57,698 nt of DNA. Origin: a virus (taxonomy: Duplodnaviria; Caudoviricetes). Location of the stretch: positions 1 to 57,698 of IMG/VR virus record IMGVR_UViG_3300020109_001608; one strand, given 5' to 3'. The notes beneath the pieces were generated by a model that was given only the letters and a program-made list of their open reading frames with translations, searched no databases and was not told the origin of the DNA. The translations under genes and the position numbers were made by a program. Below, piece after piece: positions 9,764-17,500 of the stretch (position 1 is its first letter; every line of letters starts with the position of its first letter).

Positions 9764-10380
9764 TGGCAGAAGAAAAGTGTTACTCATTTAATAATTTCTC
9801 CAACACTGAAGGTGAGGTGCGCCTTAGTGATGTGATGAAAAATAACGTGAAAATGTCAGTTATTATTCGCAACATTTTTCCAAATTCATTTAAGAGATCT
9901 CATTACACCGGTCTCCAGATGACTGGTAAACTTGCCGGATCAACTATCAATAGTGCTCCCGCATGTTATCAAATTTTGTGTGGGGAGCAACCAGTTAATG
10001 GTATTTCATTTGTTGCATATGCAGAAAATGGTGACATGATTATTGGAGCTCCAAAAGGAAGAATCAGAATGTTTGCTCAAGATATTGATATCATCGCTTC
10101 AGGTAATGGTACAGACACTGGATGGGTTAATATCTTATCCAATGCAAAAGTAAATTTAGAGTCAGGAACTGTTCAGTTGCAATCTGCGGATGCTTTAAGC
10201 TTAGGCACAGAAAGAAATTTAAATTTAAATGTTCCTGGAAGATTTAAAGTTACCTGTGGATCGATGAAAGTTGTTGAGGGTTCTGATATATCTCCTATCA
10301 CCAGTCCTCTTGGAAGTGGAGCAAATACAATTCTTCAACAAGTAGAAGGTCTTAAGAAGTTGATTCAAAGTATAACATAA
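9763..10380 (+). CDS. gp5 C-terminal-like beta-helix/spike protein
   Basis: AENGDMIIGAPKGRIRMFAQDIDIIA alternating beta pattern; translationally coupled to gp5 (TAATG). Confidence 0.5.
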   Translation: MAEEKCYSFNNFSNTEGEVRLSDVMKNNVKMSVIIRNIFPNSFKRSHYTGLQMTGKLAGSTINSAPACYQILCGEQPVNGISFVAYAENGDMIIGAPKGRIRMFAQDIDIIASGNGTDTGWVNILSNAKVNLESGTVQLQSADALSLGTERNLNLNVPGRFKVTCGSMKVVEGSDISPITSPLGSGANTILQQVEGLKKLIQSIT

Positions 10381-10381
10381 A

Positions 10382-11329
10382 ATGGAAGTTACAGATCTAC
10401 ACGTAGGAAAACAATTACAAGTTGTTGGTAATTTACCTGGTGGTCTTCCTGGTTTACCTAATGTTGCACATGGAGTTGGAGCTCTAGCAGTTCCTGGTTC
10501 TGGTTGGTTTGATGGCAGTCTCCATGTTGGTTCTCCTCTGTTTGTACCATTTGAAACAACAGTTGGATTTTGTAGACCGCCAGAAACAAATCCAAAGGCA
10601 CTTGCAAAATCTATTCTAACAATATCAAGTCGAAAGTTTCCACCAACACCAATTGATGTAGTTGTTGGAGATCCAGTAGGACCCGTTGGTATAAGCGTTA
10701 ACTCTATTTTAATTAATATTATCTCACCAATTACAAATGGAGTTGGACTTTTAAATTGGGTAGGTGCCAAAACTTTTACAGGAGTCAAGCAACAGACTGG
10801 TGTTGAACTCAGAGTTGGTGCTGTTGCTGATGCTGGAAAAGAAGCAACTGTTGGAAATGTTGCAGAGAGTGGATCAAGAGTTATTAATGGATCTCTGGTA
10901 GTAAATGGTGCTACTCATATTAATGGATTCTTATCTTTCTTGAGTTCAATTGTAGGAACAACTAAACTATTTGATATCAAACATCCAAATAAAAAAGGTT
11001 ATAGATTAAGGCATAGTTGTCTCGAAGGTCCAGAACATGCCGTTTATTATCGTGGTAGATTAATTGATAATTATGTGATAGAATTACCCGAATATTGGCA
11101 TGGTTTAATCAATCCAGAAACAATAACAGTAAACTTAACTCCACATGGTACATATCAAGAATTATTTGTACAGAAAATTGAGTGGGGATCTAAAATTCAT
11201 ATTATGAATAATTCTGGTGGACCAATTAATTGCAGTTATACAGTTCATGCGGAACGAATTGACATTGCAAATTTAGAAATAGAATATGAGAGTGATGAAA
11301 TTATACATCAAGAATTGGAGAAGAAATAA
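10382..11329 (+). CDS. Baseplate/spike-associated protein with C-terminal chaperone-like domain
   Basis: C-terminal KLFDIKHP..GYRLRHSCLEGPEHAVYYRG..IELPEYW..ITVNLTP domain common in cyanophage gp5-region genes. Confidence 0.55.
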   Translation: MEVTDLHVGKQLQVVGNLPGGLPGLPNVAHGVGALAVPGSGWFDGSLHVGSPLFVPFETTVGFCRPPETNPKALAKSILTISSRKFPPTPIDVVVGDPVGPVGISVNSILINIISPITNGVGLLNWVGAKTFTGVKQQTGVELRVGAVADAGKEATVGNVAESGSRVINGSLVVNGATHINGFLSFLSSIVGTTKLFDIKHPNKKGYRLRHSCLEGPEHAVYYRGRLIDNYVIELPEYWHGLINPETITVNLTPHGTYQELFVQKIEWGSKIHIMNNSGGPINCSYTVHAERIDIANLEIEYESDEIIHQELEKK

Positions 11330-11331
11330 AA

Positions 11332-12816
11332 ATGGGAATCGCATCAGATATTATTTCAGATTTAAGTGAAAAGAAACAACAAGCGTATGATGGTATTGAG
11401 TTTCTTCAAAAGAATATTGTATTAAAGGATAGTATATACAAAGAAAGATATGATGCTGTGATTGTAAGCATTGACGGAGATCTTTTTTCTGATGTAAAAG
11501 ATGTTAATGACAAACTTCAAAATGTAAGATCTGCATATGCAGATAGAATATCAGTAGGATGTAGGACTGATATGTTTTGGCGAGTCATTGGTTTAAGTAC
11601 CACACCAGTACCAGGAGGTGGGGGTGGAGTTAATTCTTATTACAATTTACAAGTTACTAGATTATCCATTCCTGGATATTCAAACGCTGGCATTGGATCG
11701 ACAAGTGGAGTTGGTCTTGGTATTAATGGAAGCGTTGCATTTTTAACTTCTTCTGGAGGAATCACGACATATCCACCAAGAAGTTTATTTGGATTTGAGG
11801 AGAAGAACTTGTATGGTATCAAGTATTATGATGAACCATCTCAAAAGGATATTGGAGATACCTTTGTAACAAGTTTTATTGGAACAATCAGTATAGGTTC
11901 CAGTATTCTTACCGTAATGTCCCCAATTGGATCTGGAGTTACGATTGGTATTTCTTCTGGACAACTTATTTCTGCTTCAAAAGATGGTATATTTGCAGCA
12001 GGTTATGGAGAGATTGTTGGATTAGGAACGACTCTTGCTGACTTGAGCACTCTTTCTGGTGTTGGAAACACTGTTGGAGTTGGAACCACAACTGAAGTTG
12101 TTAGTAGAATTATATTAAATTCGGTTGTTGCAATTGGCGCTTCATCTCCGGAGCAAGATGGTTCGTATGTAACTTTTGTTGTTTCTGAAAGTCCAGCAGG
12201 AATCGGTACAACCGCGATTAGTTATTATAGAATTGAATTTGCATCAAATCCATTCAGTCCACAAATCATAGGTATCATGACGAGCGGACAATATGGAATT
12301 GGTAAGTCTGTTTTTTATGATAACTCTGGGTATAATTCAAATACCCAATCTTGGAAACCAGAATTTGCAAGACCTCAATTGAGCAGCAGTCAACCAGCAG
12401 TCACAGAACCAAATGTTGGGGCAGGAAAAATCTATTATCCAGTGGGATTCTCAAGTTATCCATCTCTTCCTTCATCTGGAACTAGAGCTGCGGAGGGAAC
12501 TATTATATCAGTTGATGTCACTCTAATTGGATCAACAACTCTTTACACAAATGCATCTGCATGTCCAACACAGGAAACTAATCTGACAAATGCAATCAAT
12601 ACAGCAAACGCTGCAGAGTCAAGTATTCAATCTGGTCTTGGTGACTTTGGTTATAAAATTAATGCAGTGAATGCTTTTAGAGATTTGAGAACTGATATTC
12701 AATTAGAGATTTGGGGTAACCGACAGGCAATTGATGGTCTTGCAGATGATATAGATAAGTACGATACTGCCATTGAGTATCTTGGAGTTACAACTATTAC
12801 ATCACTATTACCATGA
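11332..12816 (+). CDS. Hypothetical virion structural protein
   Basis: 494 aa ORF with GIGT/GVGT motifs and helical termini, in the structural operon. Confidence 0.55.
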   Translation: MGIASDIISDLSEKKQQAYDGIEFLQKNIVLKDSIYKERYDAVIVSIDGDLFSDVKDVNDKLQNVRSAYADRISVGCRTDMFWRVIGLSTTPVPGGGGGVNSYYNLQVTRLSIPGYSNAGIGSTSGVGLGINGSVAFLTSSGGITTYPPRSLFGFEEKNLYGIKYYDEPSQKDIGDTFVTSFIGTISIGSSILTVMSPIGSGVTIGISSGQLISASKDGIFAAGYGEIVGLGTTLADLSTLSGVGNTVGVGTTTEVVSRIILNSVVAIGASSPEQDGSYVTFVVSESPAGIGTTAISYYRIEFASNPFSPQIIGIMTSGQYGIGKSVFYDNSGYNSNTQSWKPEFARPQLSSSQPAVTEPNVGAGKIYYPVGFSSYPSLPSSGTRAAEGTIISVDVTLIGSTTLYTNASACPTQETNLTNAINTANAAESSIQSGLGDFGYKINAVNAFRDLRTDIQLEIWGNRQAIDGLADDIDKYDTAIEYLGVTTITSLLP

Positions 12817-13151
12817 TTACCTTAAACCATCCTTCAATTAAAGATTATAACCTAAACCTTGAGGGTTTATTTGGACCAGAGAACGCGGTGTTTTTTCGTG
12901 GTAGAATCACAAGTCAAAACGAAATTAAACTACCAAGTTACTGGGAAGAGTTTGTTGAGCAAACATCAATTTCTGTACACTTAACTCCGATTGGTGCCCA
13001 TCAAAATGTAATCATTAAAAGAATTGGTGAAAATAAAATCTTCCTCCAATCAAGCGGTGGAATGCCAATCGATTGCTATTATCTGATCATTGGAGAAAGA
13101 AAAGACATACCAAGATTAAAGGCAGAGCAGAGGGTTGACACTGAGGAGTAA
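12813..13151 (+). CDS. Stand-alone paralogue of the C-terminal domain of 10382..11329
   Basis: HP....GPENAVFFRG..IKLPSYW..ISVHLTPIG aligns by eye with that domain. Confidence 0.65.
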   Translation: MITLNHPSIKDYNLNLEGLFGPENAVFFRGRITSQNEIKLPSYWEEFVEQTSISVHLTPIGAHQNVIIKRIGENKIFLQSSGGMPIDCYYLIIGERKDIPRLKAEQRVDTEE

Positions 13152-13163
13152 GTCACCTATAAT
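13135..13163 (+). promoter_or_regulatory. Sigma70-type early promoter
   Basis: Perfect TTGACA (13135-13140), 17 nt spacer, TATAAT (13158-13163). Confidence 0.9.
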
Positions 13164-13188
13164 AACCAGGTAATCAACAAACGAACCA

Positions 13189-13371
13189 ATGCAAGATGAG
13201 TATCTGACAAGCTGCGTGGTTGATCCAGTTAAGCGAACTGTCTATCTTTATTCTAATGAAGGATCAGAAAAAGAAGTGGCATGTGAAACTGTCGAAGAGT
13301 TTATGAGCGTATTAGAATTTGTTCGTTCTACTGTAGACGAAAAAACTCTTTCATATACCAATCCTCTATGA
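13189..13371 (+). CDS. Small hypothetical protein
   Basis: 60 aa ORF directly downstream of the early promoter. Confidence 0.7.
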   Translation: MQDEYLTSCVVDPVKRTVYLYSNEGSEKEVACETVEEFMSVLEFVRSTVDEKTLSYTNPL

Positions 13372-13574
13372 ATTTTTATAAGATTTCATATAAAGCACTG
13401 AAAGAAGAACCAGTCAAAACCACACCAGAAAACGTTCAAGAGGCAAATGAAGCACTTTTTACTGCAAAGTGGAATTTACCAAAAGCAGCAAAACACTGCG
13501 GAATGTCACATAAAGAAATGAAATTGACATTCTGGGAGTATCTCAAGTATAATCCTATCACGTATCAAGTGTGA
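13368..13574 (+). CDS. Small hypothetical protein (possible HTH-like)
   Basis: WNLPKAAKHCGMSHKEMKLTF; overlaps the previous ORF by 4 nt. Confidence 0.7.
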   Translation: MNFYKISYKALKEEPVKTTPENVQEANEALFTAKWNLPKAAKHCGMSHKEMKLTFWEYLKYNPITYQV

Positions 13575-13580
13575 TTTTCT

Positions 13581-13653
13581 GCCCGTGTAGCCCAGCGGAA
13601 GAGGCACGAAACTTAAAATTTCGCAAGCGACAGTTCGAATCTGTCCACGGGTA
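13581..13653 (+). tRNA. trnL: tRNA-Leu(UAA), short variable loop, no encoded CCA
   Basis: Acceptor GCCCGTG/CACGGGT; anticodon arm CGAAA-CTTAAAA-TTTCG; T arm GACAG-TTCGAAT-CTGTC; discriminator A. Confidence 0.88.
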
Positions 13654-13674
13654 TTAGGGGTTTTAACCAACCTC

Positions 13675-13680
13675 TAAATA
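13675..13680 (+). promoter_or_regulatory. Late promoter TAAATA
   Basis: CTAAATA about 20 nt before ATG 13702. Confidence 0.6.
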
Positions 13681-13701
13681 ATCAAAAGTAGGAAATGTCC
13701 T

Positions 13702-13971
13702 ATGAAATACCGCATTGATGCCAGATACGTTTGGTACAATAAAGGAACAGAACTCGTTCTAATGTATTTCATTGAAGGTGTTCCATTTACTTTTGATGAT
13801 GTTCCAGAAAGTCATTTGTACGATTTGGAAATTCTTGAAGCAGCAGATAAAGAACGCAGATACGAACCAGAGGATTTGTACAGAACATCATTCTATTTGA
13901 TTGATGAACAGTGCCACCCTTTGATGTTTGAACTGGAACTGGAAAACCCAGAAATGCTACCTCAAGATTAA
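13702..13971 (+). CDS. Hypothetical acidic protein
   Basis: 89 aa ORF with AGGA SD-like sequence and a late promoter. Confidence 0.75.
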   Translation: MKYRIDARYVWYNKGTELVLMYFIEGVPFTFDDVPESHLYDLEILEAADKERRYEPEDLYRTSFYLIDEQCHPLMFELELENPEMLPQD

Positions 13972-13976
13972 TTTCT

Positions 13977-14047
13977 GCCTCATAAGCATTAAATTGATGC
14001 ACGACCTTTGTAACGTCGAGAACTCGGGGAGGTACCGGGATGGGGCT
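13977..14047 (+). tRNA. trnT: Atypical tRNA-Thr(UGU) or tRNA-like element
   Basis: Acceptor GCCTCAT/ATGGGGC; D arm GCAT-TAAATTG-ATGC; anticodon arm CGACC-TTTGTAA-CGTCG; T arm CTCGG-GGAGGTA-CCGGG lacking TTC. Confidence 0.65.
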
Positions 14048-14069
14048 CTTAGTTCATAAAAGAACTCAT

Positions 14070-14264
14070 ATGTCATTAATATCACAAAGAGACAGGCAAC
14101 TTGCCATTGAAGCATTAGAATACTATCGTGAAGATACGCTTCGTAGAGAACAAGCATTTAAAGATCTTGGTATTTCTGATGTTCATCTAAATGATGCTTT
14201 TATGATGGAGATAAATGCTCTCATCAACTGGGTGAAACTGGAGTATCAAAAGAATGAAAATTAA
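14070..14264 (+). CDS. Small hypothetical protein
   Basis: MSLISQRDRQLAIEALEYY...; start moved from 14040 because that ATG lies inside the tRNA. Confidence 0.7.
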   Translation: MSLISQRDRQLAIEALEYYREDTLRREQAFKDLGISDVHLNDAFMMEINALINWVKLEYQKNEN

Positions 14265-14427
14265 TCTCTGGTGGTGTAAGGATATGGGACAGTGGCGATG
14301 GACTTTATGCGATGATGTACGTCCGATAGTTCGTCAGGAATCAGGACAAAGACCAAATCTGCGTGATGCTATGAATGACGTAGCAATTACAGTGGAATAT
14401 ATACTTGACGACCCTAAAAAATTTTGA
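14254..14427 (+). CDS. Small hypothetical protein (57 aa, not in the ORF track)
   Basis: Manual translation MKINLWWCKDMGQWRWTLCDDVRPIVRQESGQRPNLRDAMNDVAITVEYILDDPKKF. Confidence 0.7.
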   Translation: MKINLWWCKDMGQWRWTLCDDVRPIVRQESGQRPNLRDAMNDVAITVEYILDDPKKF

Positions 14428-14433
14428 TAATAT
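14405..14433 (+). promoter_or_regulatory. Sigma70-type promoter
   Basis: TTGACG, 17 nt spacer, TAATAT, with an extended -10 TG. Confidence 0.6.
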
Positions 14434-14439
14434 ATAAAA

Positions 14440-14501
14440 GGCGATACTAAACCAAACCCCTTCCGTGTGCGGCAGAACCTCCTTTCAGGAGGTTTTGTTG
14501 T
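14440..14501 (+). ncRNA. Candidate small RNA (~60 nt)
   Basis: Non-coding stretch between a sigma70-like promoter and a strong hairpin; unpaired AAACCAAACCCCTTCCGTGT. Confidence 0.45.
14469..14501 (+). terminator. Rho-independent terminator-like hairpin
   Basis: GCGGCAGAACCTCCT-TTC-AGGAGGTTTTGTTGT. Confidence 0.75.
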
Positions 14502-14505
14502 ATGA

Positions 14506-14511
14506 TAAATA
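14506..14511 (+). promoter_or_regulatory. Late promoter TAAATA
   Basis: ATAAATA 30 nt upstream of ATG 14541. Confidence 0.7.
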
Positions 14512-14540
14512 ATCCATAACAGAACTATAGTGCTAATAAG

Positions 14541-17500
14541 ATGCCTCTCAGTCGTTTAGATAATTTCCTCAAAAATGCACGCGGAAATATCTTATATGTA
14601 AATCCAAATGATTTAGATGCCACAGATAGTATTGAAAATCAAGGTAATTCACTGACTCGTCCCTTCAAAACGATTCAACGTGCATTAATTGAAGCATCTA
14701 GATTTTCCTATCAAAGAGGACTTGATAATGATAGATTTGGTCAAACCACAATTCTTGTTTATCCTGGTGACCATTTAATTGATAACCGTCCTGGATGGAT
14801 TCCTGATGGCACAAATAGTTTTAAGTTGAGAAATGGTACAACATCAAGTGATTTTTCTCAATTTGATCTTTCAACAAACTTTGATTTAACGACTGATGGT
14901 AATGCACTTTATAAATTAAACAGCATCTATGGTGGGGTAATCATCCCAAGAGGAACCTCTCTGGTTGGATTGGATCTCCGTAAGACTAAGATTCGTCCAA
15001 AATATATTCCTAATCCCACAAATGATAATATTGAAAGATCTGCTATTTTTAGAGTAACTGGAGCTTGTTACTTCTGGCAGTTTTCTATTCTTGATGGTAA
15101 TCCAAGTGGAATAGTCTATAAAGATTACACTACAAATACTTTTGTACCTAACTTCTCTCACCATAAACTGACTTGTTTTGAATATGCTGATGGTAAGAAC
15201 CCTGTAGATATTGATGATGCATTCTTAACGTATAGTACAACCAGAACTGATCTGGATATGTATTATGAAAAAGTAGGTCTTGTATATGGTCCTTCATCTG
15301 GTCGTGAAATTGAACCAGATTATCCATCATCTTCACTTGATATTCAACCTAAGATTGATGAGTATCGTATTGTTGGTCCTACCGGAGGGGAAGTAGGAAT
15401 TAGCAGCATTAGAGCTGGAGATGGTACAACTTCATCTACAATTATCACAGTTACAACAAACGAAGCATTTGAAGAAGTTGCTGTAGATACCGCAATTCAA
15501 ATTAATGGTGTGACTGCAACTGGATACAATGGACAATATGTGGTAAGTGATGTCGTAAGTTCTACAGAGTTCAAGTACAACGTTTCATTTGCTCCTGCAA
15601 ACCCACTTCCAACTCCTACCGGGTCAACGGTAAATCTTTCTGTTGATACAATTTCCTCTGCATCGCCATATATTTTCAACATCTCTTTGAGATCTGTCTT
15701 TGGAATGTGTGGTCTTCATGCAGATGGAGACAAGGTAGATGGATTTAAGTCCATGGTTGTAGCTCAATTCACTGGAATTGGACTACAAAAAGATGATAAT
15801 GCTTATGTAAAGTATGATCCAAATAGTGGAACATATAAAGACTCTACTTATGCTGGTAATGAGAATCTTCATAGCGATTCTCTAGCAGTTTATAAACCAA
15901 CATACGAAAACTATCACATCAAGTGTTCAAATAATTCATTACTACAAATTGTCTCTGTATTTGCAATTGGATTTGCACAACACTTTGTTGGTGATACTGG
16001 TGGTGACCAATCTATCACAAACTCTAACTCCAATTTTGGTTCAAAGTCTCTGATTGCATCTGGATTTAGAAAAGAAGCATTCCAAAGAGATGATGTAGGT
16101 TACATCACTCATATCATTCCACCAAAAGAATTAACAACTTCAAATATAAACATTGAATTTGATGCGATTGATGTTGCAACTACTGTTGGAGTTGCGTCAA
16201 CGAACAGACTATACTTATATAATAGAACCAACCAAGATGTTATTCCCGATAATGTTATTGAGGGATATCGTATTGGTGCAAAAGAAAATGACTTACTTAA
16301 GTGTCTGATTTCTCAAGGTGGATCTGCGACAGAGTATTCTGCAAGAATTGTTATTCCAAATACTCAATTTACATCAGAAGAAGTAACATCAGAAAAGAAA
16401 TTTATTATTGGAAGATCTGCAGGAATCAATAGTATTTCTTCTAACGTCATCACACTCACAAGACCACACAGTTTCATCCAAGGTGAATCTGTTCGTTTCT
16501 TAAGTGATAGTGGTCAACTTCCTGATGGTCTTGAGAGCAATAGAATTTATTACACGATCACTTCTGGAATTAGTTCAAATCAAATTAAAGTTGCGAAGAC
16601 TTTAAATGATGCGCTTAATGGGCAGCAACTTACAATCAATGACAAGGGAGGAAGAATCTCAGTTGTTTCTAGAGTTTCGGATAAGAACTCTGGTGATACT
16701 GGACATCCAATTCAATATGATTATTCTCAAGGTCAATGGTATATTAATGTAGCAACTGCAGCGACTGATAATAATCTATATTCAACAATTGTTTCTCTTG
16801 GAACTACGACTCTTGGCGCTGCAACTCCAAGAACATACATCACAAGACAACCAGATACAAGAAACCTAGGTGATACGATCTACAAACTAAGATATGTTAT
16901 TCCTGCTGGATCTGGAATTACATCCGCAAGACCTCCAATCGATGGATTCGTTATTCAGGAATCTAATGACACAACTGGTGCAACCAATACTGAAGTTCAG
17001 ACTTACTTTAGTTCAACAACAGTTTCTCTGACGAATATAAGTGAGCAAAGAAACTTTAAGTTTATTGCAAATGCGACTTGGGATGGTACACATGCATACT
17101 ATCAAACAGAATTACCACATAATCTCTCTGTAGGTTCTGTTGTTGAAGTATTGAATGTAACCAGCACTAATAACACTACAGGTATTGCAAGTGTTGGATT
17201 CAATAATACATTTAGTGTAATTGGAATCAGCAGCACAAAATCATTCCATGTTGCTCTTGGAGATAATCCTGGAACATTTACAAATGATACTACAAATAGA
17301 ACAACAGCACTACCAAAATTTAGTCGTAAGAGATTTAATGATACTTATTACATCTATCGATCTCAAGAGATTCAAAAGTATGTTCCTGGCGAACAGGATG
17401 GTGTCTATCATTTAGTTGTTCTGAATGCTTCAAACAAACCAACAGTAACACCATTCTCTGGACAAAACTTCTCTCAACCAGTTCAAAATCTTTATCCTCA

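Noticed and set aside
7508-11329. T4-type lysozyme domain in gp5
   Set aside because: No recognisable lysozyme motif in any of the gp5-region ORFs
13977-14047. Reading the second tRNA as Tyr(GUA) or Gln(UUG)
   Set aside because: Symmetric placement in the anticodon arm centres TGT, and the acceptor stem fits Thr
13787-14157. Minus-strand ORFs 13787-14002 and 13957-14157, and the 14040 start
   Set aside because: They overlap the tRNA-like element and better-supported + strand genes; ATG 14070 is the more plausible start
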